A stretch of DNA of 64,000 bases from Eledone cirrhosa (GCA_964016885.1 OZ024747.1:82522001-82586000); one strand, 5' to 3'; shown: positions 1 through 17,150, counted from the stretch's first letter. Numbers and translations are program-made. Notes: a model not told the origin generated them from the letters alone.

Positions 1-82
1 AGTCACGCACTGGGGTCGATTTAATCGACTTTCCCCTCCCCCCAAAAATTGCTGGCCTTGTGCCTACATAAGAAACCATTAT
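1..82 (+). mobile_element. 3' end of tRNA-derived SINE (cut by window edge)
   Basis: Ends AATTGCTGGCCTTGTGCCTACATAAGAAACCATTATT, matching the 3' end of the full SINE copies (e.g. 19404-19592). Confidence 0.75.
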
Positions 83-161
83 TTGTGTGTTTGTCTGTGT
101 GTGTATGTGAATGTATGTGTGTGTGCGTGTTGGTCTGAGTGTGTGTGTGTTTGTCTGAATG

Positions 162-197
<36 letters not shown>

Positions 198-255
198 TGT
201 CTGTGTGTGTGTGTGTTAATATAATATGCATCGATGATTTCCTCCATTAGGTTAA

Positions 256-620
256 TCAAGCAACATGCAAAGTTATTTGCCGCTCTATTAGCTGGCGATT
301 GTTTTGAAGTGTTTCAATAAATTTAAAAGCCATATAATGTTTTCTTCTTGTTCGCCTCCTGCCTCCATCATTCGTGACCACACCCCCAAGATACTTGAAC
401 TCCTTCACCTGCTTCAGTGGAACTCCATTCACATATAGTCGACTTGTGCAAGCTTCCTTCGGAGGAGGTGTCTCAGTCTTCGCAACACTGATTTTCATTT
501 CTGTTGTGCAGCACTCGGCAGTAACCCTATCAAGTTCATGTGGAAGATCGCCTTCTTACGAGTTAAATAACACCATGAAATCCGCAAATTGCATCAGTCT
601 TGATACCACATTTAACCTGG
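256..620 (-). pseudogene. Decayed non-LTR retrotransposon reverse transcriptase fragment
   Basis: ORF has LKQVKEFKYLGGVVTNDG (LINE RT C-terminal FKYLG motif); upstream QFADFMVLF resembles a degraded FADD motif. Confidence 0.7.
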
Positions 621-1177
621 CAGCACATGTCAATCCTGTTCATGAAGATTGTGAACAGAAGAAGTGACAGTTTTGACGCTGGATACTATGCAGACACAAA
701 ATGAGGTTCTTTAGTTTTAAAAGCTATCTCAGTGATGTCTCTCCTCCAAGTTGGTAGGCATCCATCTGAAATGAGCCGCACTCTGCGTTTGTCGAAGGGC
801 TATGATTTAGACCTCTAAGACGTAAGGGCAGCGATAATCAGCCAACCAATCATATACTACTCACTGAAGAAGTACTGAAGTCACACAGTTTATTCATTTG
901 ACATTATGACAGTATAAGTACCAATCTTAGACAACACAGATAAATCAAGGCCACGGATGAGCTTTTGATATTTACCTTGCTAGGAGACCAAACCGCCGAT
1001 TATATTACAGAGTGCCGCACACGTCTCCTTAACTTTACTATTTGTTTTTGGCTATTTTCATTGAACTCGTTTCTCAATCAATCAGAGTTAGAATGATTAG
1101 CTATTTCTACTGAAGTCAAAATGTCTCAAATTACTACTTATAATATCTAATAATATTCACATTAAAATCGTATCAGT

Positions 1178-1350
1178 TACCGTATCTCCCGGCGTCCAAG
1201 GCGTTATTTTTTTCCTAAAATAAGTCTCAAAAATCTACCATGCGTCCTGGAGGCCGAAGGTTGTTTATTATTTTCTCTTCAAATTTTTGGTTGTCAAAAT
1301 TAAGGTGCGTCCTCGAGGACGAAGCGTCTTCGGTGCCGGGAAATACTGTA
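1178..1350. mobile_element. Short pogo/Tigger-like MITE
   Basis: Imperfect TIRs TACCGTATCTCCCGGC ... GCCGGGAAATACTGTA with TA ends. Confidence 0.65.
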
Positions 1351-1422
1351 ATTTATCTTTTGCTTTCGATTTTGATGATACTTGCTCACAATGTTGGTAG
1401 TGATGAGGTCATATTCTTGTTT

Positions 1423-1613
1423 AATAGTTGTTTCTACTTTGGGCACAAGGCCAGCAATTACCCAGTACATTACTGGTACTTTATTTTATCGACCCGTAAC
1501 GATGAAAGGCAAAGTTAACCTCGGCGGGATTTGAACTCAGAATGGCAAGAGCCGTAATTCTAGCGTCAAAGCATGGCGTCCTACCCTCTACCGATACTGC
1601 CAATCCACCGCCC
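1423..1613 (-). mobile_element. Full-length tRNA-derived SINE (MetaSINE-like central domain)
   Basis: A/B-box head, GCCTTTCATC..GGGTCGATAAAATAAAGTACCAG core, flanking direct repeat TTCTTGTTTAAT (TSD). Confidence 0.9.
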
Positions 1614-1761
1614 TTTCTTGTTTAATCTTGTTTAATAATCTGAATTACTTAGCTCACTCGGCAAACGCTTCTCTTCACAGTAAAAATCAAAATAAAACAA
1701 AACAAAACAGTCATTAAACTGTTCTGATATGATTAGACTGCTGCAACATTTCACAGTACGG

Positions 1762-2091
1762 AGATATTCACCAGGGTACAACAGCTATCCGGCTGTTACG
1801 TCTGCTATCATACGTATCTCATAGAAGTAAAGAAGATTGTAAAGCTATTCACCAGGGTACAACAGCTATCCGGCTGTTACGTCTGCTATCATACGTATCT
1901 CATAGAAGTAAAGAAGATTGTAAAGATATTCACCAGGGTACAACAGCTATCCGGCTGTTACGTCTGCTATCATACGTATCTCATAGAAGTAAAGAAGATT
2001 GTAAAGCTATTCACCAGGGTACAACAGCTATCCGGCTGTTACGTCTGCTATCATACGTATCTCATACAAGTAAAGAAGATTGTAAAGCTAT
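1762..2091. repeat. 81-bp tandem repeat x4
   Basis: TATTCACCAGGGTAC recurs at 1765, 1846, 1927 and 2008. Confidence 0.95.
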
Positions 2092-2322
2092 CTGCCGGGT
2101 AAGTACGGCCTTCATTGATTCTGAGAAATAGGGTAGGAGCTATTTCATTGAACTAAAACTATGATTATTTTTTCTTAAACATCTTATCTTTATTTTCTTG
2201 GCGAAAAATGGTTTCAAGCAATAATATACTAATTGAGGGAATATTTCTCTGTATGCTAAACGTCGTTCCATGTATCGAGGTGATTGTTACATTGTGAAAA
2301 CACTTTACGAATATTGCATTCC

Positions 2323-5194
<2,872 letters not shown>

Positions 5195-5197
<3 letters not shown>

Positions 5198-5415
5198 GTA
5201 TGTAGAAGGTAAACAGAAATAACAACACAATCGGTACAGTATATGGGAGGTATATATTAGGTTAACGCTTGATATAGCAGGCAGATGGTCTTAACGTTTC
5301 GGACGCTAGTCCTTCATCATAAAAAAGAATGAGAAATAATAATAGATTGAGGGGACGGGCGGGATGGAATTGGAAAAAATGTCTTTAGATAAAAATAACA
5401 GGTCCATTCATGTAG
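5195..5415 (-). mobile_element. PLE-type 3'-end fragment with HHR (same family as 51682-51903)
   Basis: Diverged reverse complement of 51682-51903; abuts (TA)n; HHR motif at 5289-5324 with first core base C changed to A. Confidence 0.7.
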
Positions 5416-5519
5416 ACATCTCATGCATAACTATACACCTATATATCTATATACACACACACACATACAAACATACTCATATGTATATGCACATGCACAC
5501 ATATATAGATAAGATATAT

Positions 5520-6472
5520 TTCTTTATTTGCCACAGGGGCGTACACAAATGGGACATTACAAGACGTGACGGCGGGGGTTTTACATAAAAATAACTTTAA
5601 CATTAATAAATAACAATAAACTATATATAATGAAATAACAATTGAAATCCCCAATAGGGGGGAACGTTACTGCAGGGTTGTTTTACACCCCGTGGATAGA
5701 ACAACCCTCAACACCAGGAACACGTTTTGTAGGTGTTCCTGTCTTCCCTCTGTTTATCTTCCTCAACCTACAGGTTTATATACAGAGAAGGCCCACTCAC
5801 TCGGGCCATTTTCGCCACATTCCCCCACCTTTCAGCGAATTTACTGGGGTGTAGCACCTCTCTCTCCACTCTCACCTTCCTTCTGATGTGGTACTTAAAG
5901 AAGGCGATGAGTTGTTGTCCGGAGAGAAAGGTGTTTGCCCTCAGTCCTTTTAAACTCGTCCACCATATTACCTCTTTCGCCATAGCCACCAGACAGAGGA
6001 AAACCGCCTCTTAATGAAGGCGGCAGGGTGATCCTCACGATGGACTCGGCTGACAACTGGATGCGTCCCACACGTGACAGTAGCTGTTCGACATAATTCC
6101 ACAGGTCGGTCACCCCTGGGCACTGAACAATTGTGTGCATAACGGTTTCGATGTCCTGCTCGCATCTTGGACAGGTCCTTTTGGCAGGATCTCTGCCAGG
6201 GCGTCCCTGCCTGTAGATTTTGTCTCGAACTGGTAGAGCTCCTCGGTAGCACTGCCAGGCCAGAGACCTCTGAAAGTTATCCATAGGCCCTGGACAGAAT
6301 GTCCTCCCGAACAGACTGGTCAGTTCGTCCTCCTCGATGCCTAGAGTTTCTCCGAGAACGTCGTCGTACTTATCCTCCACTAATCCTCTATAGAATGTCG
6401 AAGTGGAGTCTCCGCTGATTGCCGTTTCCGCTTGGTAGAGCGCTGTGAGCGCCTGAAGGCACTCGAGGTGCC
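5520..6472 (-). mobile_element. Tx1/L1-like LINE 3' fragment with C-terminal CCHC zinc finger
   Basis: ORF 5895-6380 has WQCYRGALPVRDKI and CPRCEQDIETVMHTIVQC (zf-RVT-like); continues frameshifted in 5768-5989; 3' UTR ends AATAAAG. Confidence 0.85.
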
Positions 6473-7876
6473 TATAGATAGATAGATATGTGTGTGTTTT
6501 TAAATATATATATATAGTTCTGGTATATCAAATTATTACCATCGAACCACCTTGAATCATAGACAACCATGTATTTCTGGGGGTACATTGTATCCTCAGA
6601 TATATTAACCTTACACTTTATTCTCCGATTATGTAGAGAAAAAATTCTGTCGTTCTATCTAGCTGCTAAAAATGTATTTTTTTGGTAGCGAACATAGACA
6701 ACAAGTCTACGATTTCCCGCCTTCACTATACACCAACGTATTTATGGGTCACTTTCACGACCTTTCAGACCTGTATTAGTTGGAGTGAGGTCATATATTT
6801 TATCGTTCCTGGGGTTTTTAACCCTAGGAAAGGAAAATGCTTCTCTGATTATCTTTGCTTTTCCATTAATATCCATGTGATATCTAATGTTTTGCAAAGT
6901 GAAACTGTACAGTAAGAGCTACCCGAATAGGTAAATATTTATATTATATTTTTTAATTTTGATTAATTTTAATTGTAAATTAATTTTGATTTATTTTGAA
7001 AAATTGGTTGAATTTTACTTGTTCTGCTTATCTTCATATATATATATATATATACACACACACTTTCATATATATGTGTGTGTGTCTGCGTGTGTATGTG
7101 CGTGTGTAACCAATTACGTGAGAGTGTGTGTATAAATAATGATTTGCTCTCTTTGAAACGTTTATTTATTTTTGTTTACTGACTGAAAATTTACAATGCA
7201 ATGACCTAGAAGTCTAGTTTTCAATATGATTCCACAAGTCGTAAGCTGTTTTCTCGCATTATAAATGCAAATTCGTGATTTCTTTGACATACACTATCAT
7301 GAAAAATGAAACGGTAGACATTTAACTACTTTAAGTGTTTACGTAACCATGATAGATGCTGCCGTGTCTACAGGTAAATAACTGATATCCAACTACAGTA
7401 GATTTTAAACAATGACGCCGGCTTCAAAACCTTTTGAAAATATATAGAATCGACTTATCATCGAGGAAAATGGATGAAAATGGACAAAGTGAAAACTAAC
7501 ATTTGAGAAAGTGATCGTAAAGTGGAGAAAATAGTTATAAAACTATAACAGGCGTGTATCAAAGTAGACAACCTATGTCAATGTAGATAGAACGAACGTA
7601 GACTGTTTTTAAAAACGATATAAAACAAAATGTTGTTTGAATTCCTTACACGAATGGCCTTCAATTTTAGTAATTAAATATACCTTCTACATTTACTGTT
7701 CTGAATGTTATCGTCTGATATATTAAACCTGTTTAATGTTTACGTGTACGATTATTGAGCGCCGGGGAGTATGAAACAAGATACTACGATATAAGCCGAA
7801 TCTGTGATGCAGTATCACTACTCCATTGTAATCCTATATATATATATTTTTTGCTGCAATATTTTCTATACCTTTC

Positions 7877-7992
<116 letters not shown>

Positions 7993-7993
7993 G

Positions 7994-8040
7994 CTTCTAC
8001 AGGACTAGAACTGTTTCATTTGAAGGAAATCATCAGGAAA
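7994..8040 (-). ncRNA. Type I hammerhead ribozyme motif
   Basis: TTTC-CTGATGA-TTTCCTTCAAAT-GAA-ACAG-TTCTAGTC-CTGT-A-GAAG; helices I and III pair, helix II weak. Confidence 0.65.
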
Positions 8041-8123
8041 TCACCGGGAAATCATCATACTCTGCTATGTATTGAGTACCTTACTTACTGTGGTTACCCC
8101 CGATTGAACCCGGGATAAAACAA

Positions 8124-8190
<67 letters not shown>

Positions 8191-8327
8191 TGTAAAATAT
8201 ATGCTCACAAACATACAAACATGCGTACAATGCATTTCCTATATCAGTCATGTTGCTACGCAGTCCTGGTTTCTAACAGTAAATTTGTCCCTATAAATAT
8301 TTCCAAAACTTTATTCATACATTTAAA

Positions 8328-8800
8328 CCTGTGTCATTTAAAAAAAGGGTATGCCTGCTAATCGATATGTCTGTTCCAATAGACAAGAATGTATCTATAA
8401 AAACATTTGAAAAATTGAGCAAGTATAAGGACCTGGAGATAGAAATTGGAAAAATGTGGAAATTGAGAACTAAAACAATACCAGTGGTTGTAGGCGCTCT
8501 GGGAATGATACCTAAGGGGTCTAATGATTACTTATCGCAAATCCCAGGAAACCCGCGTATAGGAGAAATACAAAAGATAGTACTAATGGGAACTGCCCAT
8601 ATACTAAGGAAGATTCTGTCAATATAAGTACATCACAAGTCTAAGCACTAAAGATGCATGTGTGAATATGTATGTTCTTTCTTGAACATGGCGGACCTTG
8701 TTGTCTCTTGAGGTCACTGGTTGTGACTTGGTGATAACTCGTATGAACATAAAGCAAGATAAATGCAACTGTAATAATAATAATAATAGTAATAATGATG
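8328..8800 (+). mobile_element. R4/NeSL-like LINE 3' end (restriction-like endonuclease domain and 3' UTR)
   Basis: IDMSVP..EKLSKYKDLEIEIGKMW..IPVVVGALG..IQKIVLMGTAHILRK; ends in (TAA)n. Confidence 0.85.
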
Positions 8801-8805
8801 AAATT

Positions 8806-9095
8806 ATTGTGTACAGTGCTCAGGTTCACTACAACTCATCAAAGGTGCATGTATAGTACATAGAATAATATACAAATGTCAGGAAAGTGAATAATGCATG
8901 AGTCATGATATACATGTGTGCGTGTGTATGGAGGGGGAATATTAGATGTAGTGTTGACGAGTCTCATGAAGCATGGAAGTTTTACAGATGCAGTGTCTCG
9001 ACTGATGCAGGCAGTTTGTTCCATGCTTCAGCAACTCTGAGCGTGAAAAAATGTTTCCGAGAGTCATGGGAGCTGTGCTGTTTTCTGACTTTGTT
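8806..9095 (-). mobile_element. CR1-like LINE 3' fragment
   Basis: Minus strand translates SRKHFFTLRVAEAWNKLPASV, matching the CR1 ORF2 C-terminal FF..RV...WN.LP motif. Confidence 0.7.
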
Positions 9096-10002
9096 GGATA
9101 TATCCTCTTGTTATGTATCCTCTAATATTGGTATGGACGCCATACCAATCCTGGACTCCACAAATTAGATACGTTCAGAACTACTGTCGTCATTATTGAC
9201 GGCACGGGTCCACTTATATTACAGTATTATACATTGATGAATTTACACGTTTATGTGGTTTTAATTATCATTCATAGATCAATAGTATATAGAGAAATAC
9301 ATACTGTTAATTAATTAATTAATGAGATGCAATGGAGCAATGTCAGTAATAATGTCTATTGAGAAATAAAACAAGTCAATGTAACAGTATATGTGTGTTT
9401 AAATGGTTAACAATGATTCCGCAACAAAATAATTGCTTCAGCTTCAAAATACGATCTCTGACCAAGTCACTTGCCAAGTAAGTACAACTCCGGAATAATT
9501 AATGATAAAGTTGCTATCATATATATATGTGTGTGTGTGTGTGTTTGTGTGTGTGTGTTTGTGTGTTTGTGCTTGTGTGTGTTTGTGTGTGTGTAGAGAG
9601 AGAAAGAGAGAGGGAGAGATAGAGATAGATATGTATGTATGTATGTAAGTATATATGTATGTATGTAAGTATATATGTATGTATGTATGTATACATAGCT
9701 GTACACCTATACATTCAGATACATATACATAGCTATGCACCTATATATTTAGATACATGTACACAAACATTCATATACATATACACATACATGTGTGTGT
9801 GTGTATATCTGTGTGTGTGTGTGTCTGTGTGTGTCTGTATGTGTGTATATGTATGTGGTGGGGATTAGTGCAGTATATTTTGCAGTAATTTAATCATTGC
9901 AGAACCAACTAATTCATTTCTCTTATAAATAAGTTAAGTGATTTTTTTTTAATGTTAACAATTATAGGATTTCAATGTGTGTATCTATATATGTATGTTG
10001 CT

Positions 10003-10660
10003 GCAGCATGGCCGAATGGTTAAGTAGTTTACTTTGTAATTATTACGACTAGGGTTCGATCTCACATCGTGGTATCTTGTGCAAGTCTCATTCACATAGC
10101 CTCGGGTCGACCTTTGGCTTGTGAATAAAATTGGGAAGACGGAAACTATTTGAAAACCTGTCGAATGGACTGTACCTGTAAATCAAAGGGTCAATCTTGT
10201 CATATACCGTTGGTGGACTATACCTGTAAATCAAAGGGTCAATCTTGTCATATACCGTTGGTGGACTATACCTGTAAATCAAAGGGTCAATCTTGTCATA
10301 TACCGTTGGTGGACTATACCTGTAAATCAAAGGGTCAATCTTGTCATATACCGTTGGTGGACTATACCTGTAAATCAAAGGGTCAATCTTGTCATATACC
10401 GTTGGTGGACTATACCTGTAAATCAAAGGGTCAATCTTGTCATATACCGTTGGTGGACTATACCTGTAAATCAAAGGGTCAATCTTGTCATATACCGTTG
10501 GTGGACTATACCTGTAAATCAAAGGGCCATTCTTGTCACAAACGGTGTCACATTAACACCCTTCTCCCTCGAGAATTACTTTAAGAGAAAACGTGTCTGT
10601 AGAATGCTCAGCCACTTACACGTTAATTTTAATGTACTGACTGTTTCGTTCATTGAACAA
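10003..10660 (+). mobile_element. Decayed CORE-type SINE sequence (probably two joined families) hosting a minisatellite
   Basis: tRNA-like head (TGGCCGAATGG..GGTTCGATCT) then CORE-like ATCTTGTGCAAGT; distal part resembles reverse complement of 50790-50930. Confidence 0.6.
10167..10538. repeat. 48-bp tandem repeat, about 7.7 copies
   Basis: Unit GGACTATACCTGTAAATCAAAGGGTCAATCTTGTCATATACCGTTGGT; internal copies identical. Confidence 0.95.
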
Positions 10661-10984
10661 GAGGAGAGAGGTCGATTCTATATTTTGTATGTGTGTGTGT
10701 TTGTATGTACTTGTGCGTGTGCGGATATTAACACGCACCCCTCCTCCAACTTATATTTCAATTAAATAAAAGAAATATAAGACATTAAACATTAAATAAA
10801 AGAAATATAAGACATTACCCATGATCCATGAACCCCTCTGGAATAGTAGGGACTTAGTTATGTCATATGTTCTTGGCCATTATAAACCTGACAGAGCCCA
10901 TCCCTTTCCTGGTCTGAACACACTATATTTGTTTCAGCATCTGGTGAGGGAGGGAGAAAGGTAGTGTAAGTACCGACTCTGTAT

Positions 10985-11130
10985 TAAACTGGTACTTTAT
11001 TTATCGACCTCTAAAGGATAAATAGCAAAAGCCAAGTTAGCTTCAGCGGGATTTGAATTAAGAAAGCAGGATGCCGGAATGACTATCAAAATATTCTATC
11101 TGATGTAACAGCTCTGCTAACTCGCCGCCT
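10985..11130 (-). mobile_element. Degenerate SINE copy
   Basis: ACTGGTACTTTATTTATCGACC...GCGGGATTTGAA. Confidence 0.65.
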
Positions 11131-11998
11131 ACGGAACAGTGCAAATGATACGAAGATTAAGTTTGAATTCGAAAGCAAAAGCAATTGGTAAGACAAGGAT
11201 GTCGAGTTGATGGACTGTAGTAACTCTATCAATATATCTTTCTATCTACTTAAAAAGAAATCCTTAAACACCGAAGTAAATATAAAAATAAAAAGAAAGG
11301 ATGAAAGACCTATAATATGCCAGTAATACAAGAATGCACAATGGTTAACGAGCTATCCAATAACAACAACAACAATAACACTGATAATAATACTAATAAT
11401 AATCTCATTAATGTATCACAATACATTTAAAGAAAAAGTATGTTAGCATGTGCGTGGTGAGCGGATAAATGAATGAATGTATACGAATTCAATTGTAATA
11501 AATTCTTCGCACAACTAAGTCCGAAATATCATTAACAACAACAAGAAGAGCAGCAGGAAAACCTCTCGCAATGCAGCTCAATTGTGTTATGTTATTTGCC
11601 AACACCAACCACATGCTAACTAATAGTGATAGCATAGAATGTAAGCACTAGCATGAAATATGAACTGTTAGATGTGTTTTTGTGTGTGCAATGATAAAAG
11701 GATGGCGCCGTATGGAATAACAGTAGAAAATAGATCAAATTCACTATTAGAATGTGCTTCCTCGTCAGAGAATGAATAGCACACACACACACATACACAC
11801 ACACATATACACACACACACATGCACACACACACACATACACGTACACACAGACACAAACACATACACGTACACACACACAGACACACACACACGCGTAC
11901 ACACACACATACACGCACGGTTACGAGTAGATTTTTAAAAAAACAATGATAATCACACATATATGTATGCATGTAGATGTATTTATATATGAATGTGA

Positions 11999-12042
<44 letters not shown>

Positions 12043-12391
12043 TTATATATAACTAAATATATATATATACACATGTGTATATATTTAGATAAAGAATGTG
12101 AACTGAACTAGAGAGATATAGGGGGAGGGGCAGGTGACTTAGAAAAAAATTGAGTGAATAAAATAAAAAAAGGAGTGAAAGAGACTTTACAAACACTTAC
12201 AAAAACACGTATGTGCACACACACACACACAACAATACTTACAAATACACATATGTACACACACATACACACAGCAACACTTACAAAAACACATGTACAC
12301 ACATATACACACACATACACACACAGCAACACTTACAACGACCGACACATAAATGAGTACACACATGTACATATATATATATATATATGTA

Positions 12392-12456
<65 letters not shown>

Positions 12457-12889
12457 GTACACAGGCACATATACAAACACAAATAGAGACACAAAATACA
12501 CATAATAGATTAGTTATCGCTGTTAAGTCTACACATTCTTTGATCGTGACATGCACAATGAAACTATGTATACCAGCTAGTAAAGAGAAGAAACCAATAG
12601 ATTCCTAAACACGTTTTCATGTTAACTTTGGGAAAAATTTGCCATTTTCTTTCCGCATTATTTTGTATCCGTTTTTGCTTTTTTTCTTCATTTTCTTCAA
12701 TATAATTTGTTCGGTTTTCTTTTATATTTCTTAACGGGTATTTTAGCAACTTAAAAATCATATTTTTCTTTTTGTACCGCAATCAAGATATTGGGCAAAA
12801 GGCCAAACGGTTGGCAATAGCGTAAGCTACAAATATATACCATGTTGAAAACATGTTTACGTATTCAATTATGCTAAAAACTGATTCTT

Positions 12890-12970
<81 letters not shown>

Positions 12971-13194
12971 GAGATAGATAGATAAATGTATAAATATCTC
13001 CCTATATAAGGGCACTGAATTTCCAATGTACAATATGGTAACTCAGCACTGTTGATGTATATAAACGTGTTGGTTATGTTTGTTATGACCTTGGCTGTGT
13101 GTACATACCTGTTTCAACATGACTGATTGAATCAGTCGTATGTTATTCCTGTTTATCTACACACGTGTTTATAACCTCTGTTACGTTTGCTATG

Positions 13195-13340
13195 CAGGAA
13201 AATATCGAACAACGGTACGTGATCAAATTTTATGTGAAACTCAAATCTGCCACCGAAACATTTAATTCTTTAACACAAGCTAATGGAGGTTCCACTAGAA
13301 ATAAGGTTTTAAGGTGGCAAAATGTCTTCAAAGGGTAACT
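13195..13340 (+). pseudogene. Mariner-like transposase N-terminal fragment
   Basis: Translates EQRYVIKFYVKLKSATETFNSLTQA, resembling the mariner N-terminal HTH. Confidence 0.6.
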
Positions 13341-16300
13341 GACGAGCTCAGCACACTCACAGAAAATTATTTCCGGTATGGCTGCAATCAACAACGCTGG
13401 ACCCACTGTGTAACTTCTCAATGGTCGTATTTTGGAGGAGATAACTTGAAAGTTCGTGTACGTCTAATATACATTTAAATAAAACATCAATACCCTTAAT
13501 TCTGGGATATACGTCGTATGTCTGGTGTCGTCCTTAACCCTACAGATATGTATGTGAATTTGTAGGCGAATGCAGGATTTACATTGAAATAGCATTCTAT
13601 TGATTTTTTCATAAAATATAGCAATTTATTTTAACTTTTTTTTTATCACTTTAATTGTACAAACGACCTTCCAATGACAATTTTAGGTTGCTTTGCTGGG
13701 CTCAATATTTCTTAATTCGTTTCTATTCCTGGACATAAATGCGAGATAGAAAGTATTCGGTGAAAATACGTAGATGATGCATTGATTTCCAAACAAGAGT
13801 ATGTGTGGACATTAAAAGAAAATATGTTTCTCGTATCAAACTTTCCGCTAAGAAATAATCATCTATGATCCAATCATTTGTCTATTGAATGGTGTTAACT
13901 ATGTCACTGAATATAAATCTGTCATTGTTAAACAGTCCACTGCTATCGTCACCGTTTTCACCAAGAAAGAACTTCTCGTATATACCACATAATCCTTCAA
14001 CAACATTTGTCAAATATCAAATGGTTACTGTCTAAATATCTGTCCATTCGAAACTGTTAAATCTAAATATACTGCTGTTGCGGTAATTTATATCACGATT
14101 GTGCTTCAGTTTTCCCCCATCTCGTAAAAGAAATCACGCATAGGAATATACTTGAGAAACAAAGATTTAAAAAGTAAATGTCCAAGCCGTATCATGTCCT
14201 TCAACGACGACGACACCAAATAAGATTGATTTTGTAGTTGTTGTTGTTGTTGTTGTTGTCGCTGATGCTGTTGTTACTTCTTTTGACAAGGAAATGGAGT
14301 TAATTTTGTAGGAGGAGTAGAATATAAACGACTCAATCGACATCAAGATAAAACTAGTTCTTATTTTGTCGATAAAAATTAGATGAAAGATGCAGTTAAC
14401 TCTGATTAGCTCTGAACAATGACGTGCCGAACCACACACAATAAATAAACCAATCTATCGTTTCAACAACCTCGCCCACCTCCGCTGTCTTTTTAACTGA
14501 GATTATTAAAAGTCAGACGTTTGCTTCATTTTAAAGTTACACAAGAGTCTATAGTTTCTCTATTGACAAACAGCTTTTTATCTATCATTTCTATTCTAAT
14601 GAACTGAGAATTTTGCTTCAGTATATGACACTTGTGGAAGTAATTGATAAGGAAACAAACAGATACGCCAAATAACTATAACAATAATTTGATTGAAATT
14701 TAGTGAATTAACATATTTCAAATCATTCAACATTCAGCATTCTGCTATTCACTAACATTTGATATTTTGGGAGCTTCTGGACACAGCAGTTTAAAGGTCA
14801 CTCGGTGAATTTGAATGTGCTTGTGCACAAGAGCAAAAGATCATTTCTTGTTCGTCATCTGTATAAAGGTCAGTTGATAATTTTAACTTGTCTGGACAAA
14901 AAACGTTTAAAAGGTCAGTCGATTTGATGTTTCCATATTTTCGAGGATATGTCGATTGATAAAAGTCTGTCTACTGAATAGAAGGACCCACCTACAACGT
15001 TATATTCAGGTCTGAACTTTTGTAAGCTGTTACAAAGTATAATTGATTTGCAGTTTACAGAGAAAACAAGACAAGTTTTAACGTTTAGTTGTCAGCAAGG
15101 ATTGGTTTTAAGATATAAACAACGTTGCTTTATGTTAAGATCATTTCATTCCTCGCTGTTTATGTTTATTTGCATCAAATTCTAAAGATATCTATCTTGA
15201 CCAAGATTGCTGTGCCAACAATGGTCGCTCAGATTATTCTAAAAATATATCATTATATACAACGAAGAATTTCTGACTTCGCTATATGAATTTATCGAGC
15301 TAGCTATTCGACTGAGTTCTTCCGAAGTATCCTATACAGTACGCTAAATAAGACAATGTATTTCAAATATTTACGAATCAAATCAAAGTAAATTTACAAT
15401 AACGATCTCCTCAGACCAAACCTAGTGCACATGTCTGACATTTACAAAGTCAGATAGACTGCAATCTAGAGCAGTCGCATTCAAATTAGATCGATATAAA
15501 ACTATGTCAGTCGTAAATATCACATGCACTTTACGACTTGCAATGCTATTGATGAAGATTTCCATCCTCATTCGCCACCTCAATCTTATATAAGACCACT
15601 CAAAGCCATATATATATAAAAAAAAAACTTTAAATTTGATTTATGAAAATTTGTTGCTAGCGAGAAATTGTAACTAGATAGTATTTTTATCTTTCTGCTT
15701 CATGTACAGTCCAATATCAATACCATTTCGCTTTCATCAATTTTTCTTTCATTTTTACTTGAATTTTTGTTTTTTTCTTCTTTGTGTTGAAATCTACTTA
15801 AACCCATCTGTAAATTGGAAATCTGTTTCATGTTCTTTCATCAGCGAAAATAATTTCAACTAACTACTTATATCAAATAAAAGTTTCAAAATTTAGGTTA
15901 AATTAATCAATAGCACGTGTTCTTCACTGCCCTACCAAATATTTATAAAATAAAACCAGAGAAAAATATAAAAAGTATCATTCAATAGCTATTGTTAATT
16001 AAACAAAGACATATTATAATAACGCCATAGCTTCTTCCTCTAAAATGAAGAGGGCAATACCATGAGTATTGATATTATTAACGACTACATTAATGTATTT
16101 TTATCTTTTCTAGATTTCTACAAAGCAAAACATTTTCAGGAAGAAATATTTGGATTTAATTGACCTCAATGTTTGACTAAAACTTATTTTATCGAACCTG
16201 AAGGAAGAAAACAAAAGTCAGGATTTGAACTCGAAATGTAGAGGAGTTAATAAATATCACAATGCATTTGGTTCGGCTGCTCTAACGTTTCTGTTACACT

Positions 16301-16999
16301 ATTTAATAACAAGAATAATGGCGTGTAACACAGACGCAAAATCATTCACAATATATATAAGGACATGTAATTCCTGATGGAATCGTAAAGGCATTTTAAG
16401 CATAGCAGAGCCCATTCTCTCTTCAGCTCTGATCACAGCAGACTTCTTCCAGAGGAGAGAGAGAATGGGAGAGAGGAGATGAGAAAGACATAAAAAAGAA
16501 ATCATTTTATCCGACTTTATTTTATTTCTCAAAAGAATTAAAGTTCTAATATACTTAGGTGTGGTTTGAACTTATTTTTACAGCATGGAGCTTGCTTAGT
16601 ACTTAGGTAGGTAATTATTTGGGGAACTTGGTAGCTATAAGCATCTACGTCTTGATCGAAGACATGGTTGTCAATCTAAAATGTTCGCTACATAACTATG
16701 TGATCTCGGAGTCAATCCTAGTGCGAGGCACCTCGATCAGGGGCCTTCTGCCATCATCTTCGTTTCATCAAACTTCTGTGAGGGAACCATGGTTTCTCAA
16801 AAACTTTGAGGAAGTCCCTCGGATGCATATATATATATATACATATATGCGTGTGTATGTGTGAGTGTTTGTGTGTGTGTGTGCTTGCAGGTGTGCAAAA
16901 TAGAGGGATTTGTGTGTAGCGGCGTGAGATGACTACAGACCAAGGCATGGAATAACAAATATCTTCTGATAATTCCATCAGATAATTCGGAGGGCTTCC

Positions 17000-17150
17000 A
17001 GCTAGTTTCCGTTTACGAAATTTCACACACAAGCCGTTGATTAACTCGGGGCTACAGCAGAAGCCAGTTTTCTAATGAGTCACACAATGGAACTGAACCC
17101 CAAATCCCATTATTGCTAAGCGAACTCCTTAACCATACAGCCATGGCTAC
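17000..17150 (-). mobile_element. Degenerate CORE-type SINE
   Basis: AGTTTCCGTTTACGAAATTTCACACACAAG...CCTTAACCATACAGCCATG; similar relics at about 16660-16800 (+) and 26850-27000 (-). Confidence 0.55.

Noticed and set aside
10088-10584. ORFs with a 16-aa repeat; array superficially CRISPR-like
   Set aside because: Contiguous identical 48-bp units with no unique spacers, no cas genes, eukaryotic context.
15815-15848. CTGATGA...GAAA on the minus strand (also isolated CTGANGA near 11765, 44548, 62402, 62942)
   Set aside because: No pairing helices or no GAAA; consistent with chance matches.
13500-16100. Long unique stretch that might hold host exons or enhancers (also 27000-29100)
   Set aside because: No ORF, splice pattern or motif could be supported by eye; needs RNA-seq or conservation data.
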